Source: Rhizophagus irregularis (Eukaryota). Taken from it: 64,000 nt of DNA. Shown piece by piece: positions 37,348-51,158 of the stretch. The notes beneath the pieces are model-generated. The model had not been told where the DNA came from and did no database searches. It saw only the letters and a list, made by a program, of their open reading frames with translations. Position 1 is the first letter of the stretch. Each line of letters starts with the position of its first letter. The stretch spans positions 992,001 through 1,056,000 of the forward strand of contig NC_089429.1 of NCBI RefSeq assembly GCF_026210795.1, in the 5' to 3' direction. The position numbers were made by a program, and so were the translations under genes.

Positions 37348-38337
37348 GTTGGTAAAGGAGTTTGCTTTCATTTCAAAATGTATCAATTTCGGAGCTGTAC
37401 AATTTATTTAGTATTCCATAAAAAGACAACAAAAGAACAAAAAGAACATGTAAATCATTCCTTTTTATTAAATAATTGTTTAATTAAGCACATATAGACT
37501 AACTATATAAGATTAGCTCCTTTTGTCAATCGGGTGGGTGGGGTGTAATTCCGGCCTGCCGATCTTTTATTTGCTACAGCGTACCGCCGTACCGCGTACG
37601 ACATCTCATAATGTATAAATAATTTGAATTGTGTAACATGAAAACCCGGGCCATGATATTAAAACCCTGTGACATACTTGCGCCTGATCTATTCCTTACC
37701 TGTTACTATTTATTATTACACTAAATCGTTACGTAATAATTTCTTTCATTAAAACATTTTTTTTATTAAACCATATATTTTTATTTAAACATATATTTGT
37801 GATCCATCAACATCCTAAAAAAAAAAATAATAATTATAATTCTACAGAATTTCTTCTCTTGGATATTTTTAGTAGAAATAATAAATTGAATGGTTTTCTT
37901 ATAATCTTTCATGTTTATTATTCGCCACGTTGTTTATTCAATTGAAAATAACTAAATTGACTTTTTCATCAATCATGTATTCTTGTTTATATTGATTTTT
38001 TAAATAAGATTTAAAAATAACAACAAATTAATATAATATATTGAATAACAATCATTGATTTTGTTTATCAAATTAATCAATAACCAAGGATAATATCTAT
38101 TTATTATAAAATAAATTTTTAATTTTAAATTATTATACTAAGTATAGAAAGTATAATAATAAATGGTTAGTAATATTCTTTCTTTTTTTGGTTATGGGCG
38201 TAAAATATTACGCCTCAAGGTCACAAAATTTATGTGGGACAACATGAAATTTTGATCAACAAGTTGCATTTTACTAATTTATCAAGTGAATGAATTTAAA
38301 ATAATTCATTCATTCTCTCTTTCTTATTGATTACATT

Positions 38338-40589
38338 ATGTCCACTCTTCGAAAGGGGTTAATTCATGCGACACTTAATAGAGCAGTAACATTAACAGAT
38401 ACTAATATTTACAATGATAGACACAAACAATTTGAATTTCAAAAACAAACAGTCCTTGCTGATAAAATCCTTACAAATGATGAAAAAACTTATGCAATAA
38501 GATGGTTAACTAAAGATTATGATCGAAATAAAGTTATGGATAATGATGGTACAAAAAGAATTTGTGAAAATTGTAAGCAAGAATGTTTAGCCACATTATA
38601 TTGTGAATATTGTGTTCGAAATTATTTAAAAGAAGATTTTTCAAATTGGACATCTGGAAATGATGATATTGATAATTCAATCAAATGGAATCACTCATGC
38701 CGAATAGTATAGTTGAATGGATTCCATATAGTAATTTAAAAAATATTAAATATTTAACAAAAGGTGGATTTTCTGAAATTTATACAGCAGATTGGATTAA
38801 TGGACATTATGAAGAATGGGATTCTGAAAAAAAACAATTAACAAGAATTGGAAATTGCGACGCAATATTAAAAAAATTAGAAAATGTTGAAAGTGCAAAT
38901 CAAAGTTGGTTTGAAGAGGTTTGTCTTATTGTATTCTATATTTCATAAAATTATTGTAATTTTTGTATTAGCACTGGTATTCTTACAAATTATTATCTTT
39001 TAGGCTAAATCACATTTAACTATAAGTAATAAATGGTCGGTTGTTGTTCGATGTTATGGTTTAACGCAAAATCCATCAAATGGAAATTATATGCTTGTAA
39101 TAGAGAAAATGTATATGTATTTAAGAAAATATTTACAACAAAATCATAATCAACTTACATGGAAAGATAGAATGAAAATTATTGATGAAATAACTGTTGC
39201 ACTTTATTATATTCATGAAGCGAAAGCAATTCATAGAGATTTGCATTCTGGAAATATATTATATTTACAATTAAGTAATTCTTGGTGTGTTAGTGATCTT
39301 GGATTTTGTGGACCTGCTGATAAATCTTCAACAAGTATATATGGAAATCTTCCTTATATAGCACCCGAAGTTATTAATGGAAAAGAATATACTTTTGCAT
39401 CTGATATTTATAGTATTGCAATTCTTATGTGGGAAATTTCATCTGGACAAACACCATTTATAAATTATGAACATGATTATGATCTTGCAATGAATATTAT
39501 TAATGGTATAAGGCCAAAAATTGTGTCGGGAACTCCATTAGAATATAAAAATTTAATGAAAGAATGTTGGGATGCTGATCCATTAAAAAGACCTGATATT
39601 TCTACACTTTGGGATAAAATGAGCAGAATTAATTTACACTATCAAAATATGTCGGATGAATTATTTCAATCGGAAATAGATAAGTTAGAAATGAATAAAG
39701 TGAAAGAAAATTATACGAGTAGCAGATTATTTACAAGTAAAATTCACAACTTTGAAAATCTACCTGAACCGAGAAATGCAACAGAAGGTATAAGTGTATA
39801 ATATTTTATTAATGAATATATTTATTTTAAAATACATTATTAATGTTATCTTTTTATTATAATAGAAGAACAAGAAGGTATAACCGTATAAATAATAATT
39901 TCTGCCATTTTTGGTTACTATCATAATTTAATTTTAAATACTTTATTTTACTGCTAATAGTGTTTCATAGTAAATTGTATGATTTTAACATTCCTGACAA
40001 TAGTAAGTATTTAATAACATTATAGCGTTTAATTATCATATAATGATTAATTTTTTATTTTAGTTAACGACTTTAATAAATCAAATGAGCAGAATAGTAG
40101 CAAATCATCAAAAGAAATTACTATTTTTAGAGGTAATATATTTTAATTATTTTCAAATCGAGATTGATTTATATGTTAAATCTATATCTTTAATTTTTAG
40201 ATAGTAATAAAAAATTATCTAAATTATTTAAAAAGTTGCAAATAAAGTCAAATGGTAAGTAAATTACTAACAAATAAAGTTACTATATCAATTTCATTTA
40301 TTTAACGCGACTTTTATTTAAAATTTAGATGACGAAAAAGAAAAAACTCAAAAATATGTCGATGGTAGGTGAAAATTTTACGTAATAGCGAACGATTTTA
40401 ATACTGTTTTAATTATATTTACTTATTTATTACAGATGATGACGAAGTATATAATAATCCAAACCTTCATTCAAAAGAACAAGATGAACTGGAAATTCCT
40501 GATGGTAAGCTCTTAAAATAAAGTAGAAAAATAAATTTCTTTATAAAGCAAATAATTAATCTATTTTTTATCTTTTAGATGGATTTTAA
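38338..40589 (+). pseudogene. TKL-type protein kinase gene with many 3' micro-exons; frameshift in exon 1
   Basis: CENC..YCEYC, NWTSGN, GGFSEIY, HRDLHSGNIL, DLG, PYIAPE. Frame break at ~38680. GT-AG introns continue to TAA at 40589. Confidence 0.8.
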
Positions 40590-41050
40590 ATTGTCTTTTA
40601 ATAAATCAAATTAACAATATTTTTTTTTTTATATCTTAAATTATTATCACATTATTTATTTATCATGGATTATTTAAACACTAGGACTAGAGTAGTAAAT
40701 GTTTTACAAAATTCTTAGTTTGTAATTTTTAAAAATAATTTTAATAAATTTATTCAAATTATTAAATGTATTGATTTAGGCGAAAATTAAGTATCTTAAT
40801 GTAAATTTATGTTATAAACATTATAGAATCATGACAGATTATTCTTTATACATGAATTTATTAAAATAAGTTGAAAGAATCAACCTCATGAAAGTATAAC
40901 AAGATATTGTGCACACGTTCTATATTAATAAATTTGTTTTTAATTTTTTACAATAACCTCTTGTTAATTCCACAAAATTTATTATGTGCATGATCAATAT
41001 ACTGTATATAATAAAGTACATAATTCTCATAATAATTAATAAAAATTTTT

Positions 41051-42328
41051 GGGAATTGTTAACCGATCATCGCCTGGGTTTTTTTTTCAAATATGTCACA
41101 TGATGTACAATATATAGTAAATCGGCTGATGGCTGATTTTTTTAACTTTTGATCGGTTAAACTTAAAATTTTATTGCGAAGATATTTTTAAAAAAAATTT
41201 TTGCAAACATATTTATTCAAAATAATGAAATTTTATTTTTATTTGCAAATATTAAAATTTAAGTCACACATTTACGATTTTAAAGAAAAAAATCACCGTA
41301 TTTATTTTTAATGAAGCGATACAAATAAAAAAAACAATAACAATAAATAAAAAAGATAAGTAAATTACAATGATCAAGGAGAAAGATAGATGCTAATAAA
41401 AAATGAAACAACAATGGAAGTAATGGAAAGTAATAGAAGACGAAAAAGAGTAAGAAAAATGATAGGAAACAAAAAGGAGAAATAGGACATGATGAGAGAT
41501 GAAAAGGAGTGATAGGAGACGAAGAGGAGTGATGGGAGGTAAAAAGGAGTGATGGGAGACGATAAGGAGTGATGAGAGACAAAAAGAAGTGATAGGAGAC
41601 GAAAAGAAGTGATGGAAGACGAAAAGAAGCAATGGGAGACGAAAAGAAGTGATGGGAAGATGAAGAGGAGTTGATGGGAGACGAAAAGGAGTGATGAGAG
41701 GCAAAATGAAATGATGGGAAGTAAACAGGAGAGAAAAAGAGATAATAGAAAATGAAAAGTTGTAATAGAAAATAACGGGAGACGAAAGGATGGAATAATG
41801 AGAAGTAATAAAATGATCATGATAGGAGGTTAGGTAATATAGGAAACCAAGTAAAAAATAGTTAGTAAGGAATGAAATATAAGATAAAAGCGAAATAAAA
41901 AAAAATAAATAAAAGATAAAAAAACATACCCTTATTAATTGTAGAACCGAAAGAACTAAAATATCTAAAAAAAAAATGAAATAAAATTATTGAAAACCGA
42001 AATATGAAACAGAAACAAAATAAAAAAAATAAGTAAGAAACGAAACGTAAAGTGAAAAATAACTGAACCTTAATTGCAGAACCGGAAGGACTAAAGGACC
42101 TAAAAATAATGAAATAGAGTAGTAAGAAACAAAGTGTAAGCAGAATGTAAGTTAGAAATAAAAATAAAAGAAAAGAAAAATACCTTGAGACCGAAAAAAC
42201 CGAGGAAACTGAAACATGACGCGATCATGTGGCCAATCTGGCCAATCAAAAAAAATCAAAAATATTAAATCTGTCACGTGATCTAAGTCGGCGACAATCG
42301 CCCAGGCGAGCGACGGTTAGCAATTCCC
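41051..42328 (+). mobile_element. Non-autonomous Mutator-like element
   Basis: TIR gggaattgttaaccg / cggttagcaattccc, 9-bp TSD aaaattttt, internal ~21-bp GA-rich minisatellite (41450-41800). Confidence 0.88.
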
Positions 42329-42699
42329 AAAATTTTTATTGTAAATTACTTGATGATCAAAATTCTTTTTCTATAACATAAAAGTAGGAATTTCAATTTG
42401 CTCAAACAGCCAACAGCCTTAAGGTTAAGCTGTGAACTTAAACGTACTAGTCATATTCTAGAATTATTTGTGATTATTTGTAAAAATCGTATTATTAACT
42501 TTTAAATAAATTTGACTTTACAATAAATATTTTATGACTATAATAACCAATCAATAATTTCAGAGTATTGACAGTAGTTTATTATGCTATATATTGTATG
42601 AACTATGAAGGTTTGATAAAAAAAAAGGAATTTTTTATTCTTTTAATGTATTTCATAGTTAAGTAAATTTTTACATTTAATTTCTTTACATTTAATTTC

Positions 42700-43828
42700 T
42701 TAACTAAAAATTTTTTTCTTTTTTTTTCATTATCCGTTCCAGACTATAACAATTATTAGTTCCTTCATAATTTTTATTTCGAATGATAATCGAAACAAAA
42801 ATATTTTGTACACTTTAATTATTACACCACTAAAAGATTTGTTTTCTTTCTTTAATGTTAATAAAAGTTTTTCCATTTTTTCTTCTATAAATTCATTTTT
42901 TAATTCTGGATGTTCAAAAATATCTAATTTCATCTTCTCCTCTTGTAAAAATTTTTCAATCATCAACATTTCTAAATAATATTCTTCATCTATTCTTTTC
43001 CTATTACCTAATTGTTCATAAAATTTTCTAAACACCTTCTAACTTTCTCATCAATTCCTAAAAGAATATTACTCCCGTTTACTATTAATATCATACCTAT
43101 TATTAAACTTCTTATAAGAACTTTAAATTCATCCTCTTTCGTAGTTTCAAACTTTGCACTAAATCTAATCTCATTAAAATCTCTATCTCTTAACACCCAT
43201 ATCACCAAATACTATATAAATTTAATTCCTTTTTCCGATATTTTTATTTTCTTTTTTAAACACTCTATTATCAAATAAACACTCTTTCTTCTCTTATCTT
43301 TGGCATCCGTCTCGATTATACTATTTTTTTAAAATATCGATAAAACCTTGATCCGCCTTTATCATTTCATTTATCATTTCAATTCTTTTATTATAATTCT
43401 GATCTCTCTCATCATCTATTAGAATTTCATTTTTCATTTTTATGTTTCTCATCGATTCATATGGTTTTATTCCTCTTTCTTCATTTCTTTTTTTAATAAT
43501 TCTACTTTCTTCATTTTCTATATAGATCAAACATTCCTTTTTTTTCCTTCTTATATCTTTTTACCAATATTTCTCTCACACCCTTCACAATTACTAAATA
43601 TGGCGAATCATCATCTTCTTCATTAGATATTATCATATGATATCCTATTCTTCTATATCTTTTACTTTGCGATTTCTTTTTATCTTTCGCAAAAATCACT
43701 ATTCTTTTATTATTGTTCCATGTAATTAAACTATTTTTCGAATTTTTCTCTCCTTCATCAAATAGGTTCATATGTATATTATTTCTTTCATAATTTTGAT
43801 TTATATACTTTGCTTTTAATTTTCTTGT
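42700..43828 (-). mobile_element. Degenerate internal LINE ORF2 fragment (RT-RNase H interval)
   Basis: Fragmented frames: IGYHM..SPYLV / CEGCERN / ECLIYIEN, followed by RNase H-like remnants. Confidence 0.55.
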
Positions 43829-44025
43829 GAGTATGCATATAAACTGTACTGTACGGTTGGCTAAACTGTACTGTACGAAGTGAGAACTCACCAATCAGAT
43901 TTTACTGTACGATAAATAAAAAAAATTTAAAAAATTTGATAAGTATACAATGAGTTATGATTGGCTAAAATATTTTCGTACAGTACAGTTTAGCTGACCG
44001 TACAGTACAGTTTATCTATTTACCT
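43829..44025 (-). mobile_element. MITE, inverted copy of 13637-13813
   Basis: Near-identical reverse complement with the same ctgtactgtacg repeats. Confidence 0.75.
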
Positions 44026-44089
44026 AAAATTTTACTATCACAGGATAAAATATAAAGCATCACCAAATAATCACACGATAGACATATAC

Positions 44090-46890
44090 CCTCTAATTTC
44101 TAAAATTACGAAATCGTTCGATAATTTCAAAAGAACTAACATCAAATGTTATTGTCGCTAAATTGCTTAATTCAAGGACCAAAAACTCGTTTCACGGAAA
44201 AAGTTGGCGAAACTTACACAAATGACGACGGTATTGGTATTCCCTTTGAAGACTTCACCGTTTCAGATTTCAGAAAGCAACTCTTTCGTAAGCAACGTGT
44301 AAAAAAATTCTGAAAATATGAATCTTTTGAAAGTTGAACTTGACCTTATGGAACTTAAAAGTAAAACCGAAGATGAGATTATAGATTTTTGCCGGTGATG
44401 GATTCTTTTTCGTTATTTGCTGATTATTTTAATCAAACTGACAAAAGGATCTCTTCACATCTTATATAAGCTAGTAAGTGTCTCCTAAACGTTTTACCTC
44501 TCAAACAAAAAATTCGCAGTTCATTATTTCACTGCTGAGACGTGTTTTGCTGACTTAGTAAATTTCTTTTTTTGTTGTTTTTCTACAGGACAAGAGACAG
44601 TGAAAACAGGTAGGATTGTGTAAAAGTGTTGTTACATTACGGCAGAATTCAATTTTAATCACACTTGTTCCCCTTGACATCAGTTGAGGTCTTGAGGATA
44701 TCATCAAGTTTGTTCTGGAGGGTTCCACACCCTTGGCACCTAATACCGATACCTCACAATTTAATTTGCATAACATGCCACTAAAAGATCGAGATCTCTC
44801 TATTATAGCTAAAATTGTTAGGGGTAATGTGATGAATAATTCATGAGCGTTGCAACATTTAAGAACCTATGATAAGTTGGATTTCAACATTCTGGTTTGC
44901 GGAGGAGCACCTGGGATAGGTATGGTTTTTTTTTGAATGATCCAAATATTTTATGCATGTTTTTCATCTATTTCTAAAATATCGCATATAGGTAAAACTC
45001 GGCTTGGTAAAGAGCTTTTCAATAATATCCAAGCCAACAAGGGGAGGATTACTAAGAAACATTTTGACCATTTTGTATACCTTCACCTGGACTTTGAAAA
45101 CAGCATCAAACTCAATAAGCAAGATTACCTTCTACGGCTTCTAGAAAATGATAAGATTATTTGCTTGCTGATTCTCTATAAGTACTTCATCATGGAAAAA
45201 TATGAATTAAGTTTTGAGATCTTCCGGGAACGGGCTTCACCTTACATCAAAATTCTCAATATCCAAAACGTCTTTGCAAGTATTCGAAAAAGTTTGTTTT
45301 TCAAAGGCACTCAGAGATTTTTTCGCATTTCTTCATATTGATGAGTTTCAACTGATTTTTAAATGGGATGAGGATCGAAAGGATAAATTATTTAAGTATA
45401 TAATTAAAATTCTAGCACAGGATGAGATGATAGGAATACATGATTGGTAATGGAAGTAATCTCACTTTTGTGCAAGAATTTCTTTTGGGAACAGCAAAGC
45501 AAGCTGCTATCAGGGAAAGAGAAGCGACAAAAGGCCACATTAGTACCTATAAAGTGTCCAATGCTAACAACTAAATCTATGTTTCAGATCGTGGATTTTT
45601 ATGCAGAGAAATGTGGCGCAGAAAAAACTGATGACGAGCATATTTGGAAACTTTGTAACCTATTTCTTCTAATTTTATGGGACACTGGAGGACTACCTCG
45701 TGCATTACAATTTATGCTTAGTACCTGCTGTAATAAATTAAATAAGAATGGTAAAGCATTCTTTCACAATATAAAGGATCAAGATTTTGACAAAATTTTT
45801 AAGGAAACTACTATCACGCTTGAGGAAAATATGGCATATACAGAAGCGTAAAAGAAAATAAACGTCTAGCCCTGGAACTCTTGTATTGATGCATGACGGA
45901 AAAGCTTGTCACCCCTGACGAGTGCCTAGACCCAAATGATGAAATTCGTACTATTGAAAGCCTTGAGACTACACGTATTATTCTCGAAGAGAGTGATTAA
46001 CCATTTCACTTTAATATTAAAATGCCATTCTTCTTTGTCGTCTTTTATAATAATATCCTAGGAATCACTCCAATAGAACTCAGAGAAACATTTAATGTTA
46101 ACTACTCTATACGTTGGGAGCTATTTTTGCACATTATGAGGCATTTATCAACAACATGCTTATTGCATGTGAAAATAAGAGTGAGGCAACTCTTAGGGAG
46201 CTGTATAATGGTGCACATGGAAAATATGTTACTTTAAATGAAACTGTGAAGCTGAAGCATCTCAATGTACGCCAGTCCTTAAAGCAGTTTCCATGTCTTA
46301 ATTTATCAGACAAATATGACAACAAACTGATTAAATGGGAAGAAGGAATGCCATAATCGTTAATGGCAAAGAGACCCATTTGGAGATTCGTTTGTTGCTA
46401 GGAAATACTTTACAATTCTAAAAATTCTAATGCTCTAATGATAGTGCAAGACAAGTAGGACTACGATGGAAAGGAACTCACAAAACTAGGATATAAAAGA
46501 ATACATAAAGAATCTGAAGTCTTGTGAAAAAATCTGAATCCATAATAAACTCTTACCCCGATCCTTGTTGTATCACGATTCTTGTTACTACGCGAAGGTG
46601 TAACTTTGATTATGAACAGTTACCAGAAGATGTCCTGGTTATCGACCAAACCAACTTCAAGGAATACTTTGGTCACATTTTATCTTGCCGAAGATATCAA
46701 TCCTAATTTCTCGAAACTGACAAAAATTAAAAATATTGTTCCTGATGTTGGAGTTGTTACCGCTGATAAAATTATTGAAGAACAGCCATACTATAATTTA
46801 GAAGATTTCTTAGAAAAACATAAACATAACAAGCGTCAAAAGCTTGAAGAAAGCTAATATAAATTAGAAGTTTTTCCATTTGATATATAA
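44090..46890 (+). pseudogene. Crinkler-like P-loop NTPase gene with C-terminal HhH-like motif, heavily frameshifted
   Basis: Walker A GGAPGIG-KTR split by an intron at ~44920-44991, Walker B LHIDEFQ, DTGGLPRAL, VGVVTADKII. N-terminal remnants (LLKVEL, HILI) resemble a CRN header. Confidence 0.65.
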
Positions 46891-47819
46891 AATTGTTAGA
46901 GCTATTCACAAATATGTTTTAAAAGAAGAATAGAAGCGTAATTCTGCAATACATTCCCAACCACTTTATGCTTTAATAATTTTGGATCTTTAAAATTTTA
47001 AATTTTGTTTAAATCAGAAGCTTTTTTAATTATAATTGGTATATAGTAGTGGATGTTAAATTAGGTAATACATAATTAGCCCTAATATAGTATTGTAAAA
47101 TAATTATATATCATACTGCATTATTTCGTAACAAATTTATGTTAACTTATTATTACCTTTAAATGGCAAATAGGTCAAAAATAATCCGTCATTCCCTTTT
47201 AAACGAAGAAATTTTGTTAAATCATATTAGCAAGTGTAAGAGTGATACTAATGAAACATACTATGTATCCTAACGGTCGTGGTAAATTTACGAAACAAAA
47301 TTTTTTTTTTAAATCTGAAATTTATAAAATATTTTTCTTCTTTTTTGTGAGAAAATAGAAATTGTTTATAAATTAATAAATATCAAGCAAATTAGCACGT
47401 AAAGATTTGATATTTTAGATTGAACCCGTTACTCATTATTCATGAGGCGAGTAATAAATATATAGTTAAAGTTAACAAACTTCTACTCAATTCTAGCTGA
47501 AAAAAATTAACTAACTCTTACTACCTGGAAACAATAAAGATTTATATATATTCCACATAATTATACAAAAATATATTAATTCTTTATAATTTTTCATAAC
47601 ATATTTTCATAAAAGTAAAATTTTATTTAATTTATTGGATTTATTGGATACAATAATTAGTAAATTAGCTATTTTAAAGACAAGTAAAAAGAAATAAGTT
47701 AGTTTATGTTTATGTTTATTTTTGTATAAGGAAAATGTTAATTCATTGAAAATACCAAATATATATACAAATAATTATGCGTCATTATATCTACCACTAA
47801 CAATTTCAAATAGAATTAA

Positions 47820-48173
47820 TAATTTGTCTAATTTCAGATAATGCTTCAGAACTAAGATTAAATTTTATTGCTCCAACATTTTCTTCCAAATGTTTACCTT
47901 TTCTTGTTCCAAGAATAACAACCATATTATCTTCCTGTGAAAAGTATATATAATTTTAAATAAAGTGTTATGATATTAAAATGTAATAAAATTCAAGGTT
48001 AATACTTACATAAGCTAGAATCCAAACAAAGTTGACCTAAAGTTACGCCTTTCTTTTCGCAAATTCATTAAATTTATGTACAATTTCCAAATTTTTATTG
48101 AAATTTCACCTTGAACCAGATGATTTTAGACGTTTTAGACGCTTTCAAAATCATCAATAGACTTATATTTCCC
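47820..48173 (-). pseudogene. Aldo-keto reductase 3' fragment
   Basis: KYKSIDDFE, QGE.FNKNLEIV, ILGTRKGKHLEENVGA...LSEIRQI, with an intron and indels. Confidence 0.65.
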
Positions 48174-49288
48174 TAAAAAAAATATACATATTTATATATA
48201 CATATTTGTATTTGTTTATTTTGAGCATAAAAAAGTTTATTCTTTAGTTAATTTAATTGATCCAACGTATAAAATATTAAAATTTCATTGAAAAAGAAAT
48301 TTATTTCTATAACATTTTTTTTATCATGCATTATTATTGAACTACTTTAATGTTAAAAAATTATGAAAACCGGGTTTAAAAATATAGTACAATAATCGTA
48401 GTAGTATGATTTGTAATAAAATATACTTTATGATTATCAATGTAATTAATCAATTCACTCGTTAAATAAATTTTAAGGATTCATACAATTTTTAACTGTA
48501 TAATTTTTGTAGTGTAAAAGTTATTAAAAATTATTAAAATATTTTATAATAAAACTAGTCATTCAATAGGTTTGCATTTTTTTTAGCTACCATTTGAATA
48601 TATAATACTCTATATACAGTATATTTTTTTATACTTACTTTTCATACTTGGAAAGATTTTAAGTATAGTAGCTAAAATGACAATATCACAATATAATATT
48701 ATGCGAACAAATTCAGGCTAGACATTTTCTGGACATTTTCCGGTAATTAAAAATGTCTCGGCGTCCGGAATATTGCCATTTTTCAGACATTTTCCGGACA
48801 CCTGGACATTTTCCGGACATTCTTTTTTTATAGGGTAGTTCGATGATAAAGAATTAAGGATTTATAGTTGTACGAAGCTAATTGGGATAGCCGCGTTAAG
48901 CCATTCCATTTCAACCGTGGAAAATAATTTTGCTAAAAAAAAAGTGAAAAACTAGTAGTTCCGCGAAAGCCCACTTTTTAAACCCGGACTTGGACTAGAA
49001 TTTTTAATTTTTGCATTGAAAATATTATAAGGTTATTTAACGCGAATTTCGTTTGCATATTTTAAAGTAAAAATTTCGAACAGCAGTAAATTACATAAAC
49101 TTTAGATTTGAAATAGATTTTATTGTTTATTTGCAAAAAATTTTTAATTTCAAACATTTTGTCATCAATCCCAATATCCCATATAAAAAAAACTATAAAC
49201 CAAGATAACTAATACGATTCGTCTATAAAATCACTAACTTGAACACATAATCAATTCCAATATTCCATATAATAAACCTCCAAGATAA

Positions 49289-50935
49289 CTAATAAGATTC
49301 GTTTATAAAATCACTAACTTGAATACATAAGTAATTATACTTTTTAACTTGAATATCATAAAGTTTAAACTCCTTTACTTCATCTTTTAAATAATATAGA
49401 TCCCTTCTTTCATTATTAGTAACGGGAAGATTTTCCATAGCTAAATATGAAACCCTTTTTTCTTTCATAACATATTCCTTAATACAGGGTAGAACATTTT
49501 CATTTTCTTGATAAAACTTATTTCTAATTAATAATTTCCTAATAAAAACATTTTGAGAATTTTTAAAAAATACTTCCAAATCATTTATATTGAATTTAAG
49601 TGCCATACTCAAATATTCTAACCTATCAGGAAGAATTTGACCTAAATTATGTAATATAATTGAACTAAGTTTATCATCATAACTTATTTGATCATAACCA
49701 AATTGAGAAAAATTAATAATAAGATAATTAAGATTGTGTTGGAATTCTTTAACTAAATCAAGTGCTGGAAAACTAATCTTATCATCAAATCCAAGTAAAC
49801 TCAAAAATTTGATTTTGATACAATAAATTTGGAATAATTTGAATAAATGTAATTTTAATTCATAATCTATTGATGATTCAAATCCGACATATTCCAAGTA
49901 ATCACCAGATTTTTGTAATAATAATTTCAATGAATCGATATGTGGTACGGATCTTTTGTCCATGAATAAGGATTTTAATTTGAATGGTTTGGTCAAATTA
50001 ATAATTTGTTGAACAAACATAGTATTTATAGGATAACAATTAAGTATATGGATAGATTCCAATACATTTAATTGTTCAAAAGCTTCATTAAAATTTACTC
50101 CTAAATTCTCAAAATAAATGTCATAAAATATAATTACTTTTAAGGTATTTGAACAATTGGAGTTTTTCAAACTTTTTAAAGGATAAATTTTACGATTAAA
50201 ATAAATTTTTTCAAGATTTTGTTGTAAACTAATTATTCTAGATAAATCTTTTTCAGCATAATCATCCATTGAGGAATGAATATAAAGTGATAAAATTGAA
50301 TTACAAATAGGATTAAAACGTTTCAAATATGATAATAGATTACTAGCTAATCTATTAAAATTAATTGCTAGATTTTTAATTTTACCAGTGAATTTAGGAT
50401 TTCGTAGCATTAATTGAAGAACTGATTTAAAACAATCATTAGTTATATTTTCTAATGTATATGAAACTTCAACTTCAAGGGTATGTAAATTAACTTCATT
50501 ATCGATAAAGATTCTGATTAATGACAAGAAAATAAAACTTGGTAATTTAAAATATTGATTAAAATTTGAAAATTTTGTTTTAATTTCAACCCAGGTTTTA
50601 ATAGAAGAACTAACTTTTTGTGTATTTAAACATTTAATAAAACTAGGATAATTAAATGTCGTATTTGAAGGGAATAATTCATTATTAATTCCATATTCAT
50701 CTAATTTTTTTTTGTCATCATCGTTTAATCTATTTAAGTAAATTTCAATGAAGTGATAATTTTTAGGATTATTCTTTAAAAATGGGTTCTCCCATAATAA
50801 TGTAATCGCCAAACGACACCATAATCTATTAACTAAAATGCAAGAATGTAATGTTGAAAAATCATTCCAAAAGTATTTTATAATTTCATTTGTTAATTCA
50901 GGAAGATCTCCCGAGAAAAGTTTTGTACATGCCAT
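49289..50935 (-). CDS. F-box/LRR(RNI)-like family protein, 548 aa, single exon, intact
   Basis: MACTKLFSGDLPEL...LHSCILVNRLWCRLAI. Start placed at 50935 by alignment to the paralogues. Confidence 0.85.
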   Translation of the reverse strand: MACTKLFSGDLPELTNEIIKYFWNDFSTLHSCILVNRLWCRLAITLLWENPFLKNNPKNYHFIEIYLNRLNDDDKKKLDEYGINNELFPSNTTFNYPSFIKCLNTQKVSSSIKTWVEIKTKFSNFNQYFKLPSFIFLSLIRIFIDNEVNLHTLEVEVSYTLENITNDCFKSVLQLMLRNPKFTGKIKNLAINFNRLASNLLSYLKRFNPICNSILSLYIHSSMDDYAEKDLSRIISLQQNLEKIYFNRKIYPLKSLKNSNCSNTLKVIIFYDIYFENLGVNFNEAFEQLNVLESIHILNCYPINTMFVQQIINLTKPFKLKSLFMDKRSVPHIDSLKLLLQKSGDYLEYVGFESSIDYELKLHLFKLFQIYCIKIKFLSLLGFDDKISFPALDLVKEFQHNLNYLIINFSQFGYDQISYDDKLSSIILHNLGQILPDRLEYLSMALKFNINDLEVFFKNSQNVFIRKLLIRNKFYQENENVLPCIKEYVMKEKRVSYLAMENLPVTNNERRDLYYLKDEVKEFKLYDIQVKKYNYLCIQVSDFINESY

Positions 50936-51097
50936 ATTGTAAAAAGTGAAAAAAGTGAAAAAAGTGAAAAAAAAGTGTAAAAAGTGAAAAAAAGTGAAAA
51001 AAAAGTGTAAAAAGTGAAAAAAAGTGTAAAAAGGAAAAAGGGGATAGAATATCACGTTTTAAAATTTTCAAACAAAGAAATAATTTATATAATTTTT

Positions 51098-51158
51098 TCG
51101 GAGTTGCACTCCGATATTTGGACACAGCAGCTCAGCTGATCATAACATTAGATCACGT
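51098..51158 (-). promoter_or_regulatory. Conserved upstream block of the F-box gene
   Basis: CGG-N9-CCG, atatttggacac and CACGTG, shared with 57605-57668. Confidence 0.5.

Noticed and set aside
50936..51055. Phe-rich N-terminal extension of the F-box protein, or telomere-like repeat
   Set aside because: Simple repeat upstream of the conserved ATG, and not TTAGGG-like.
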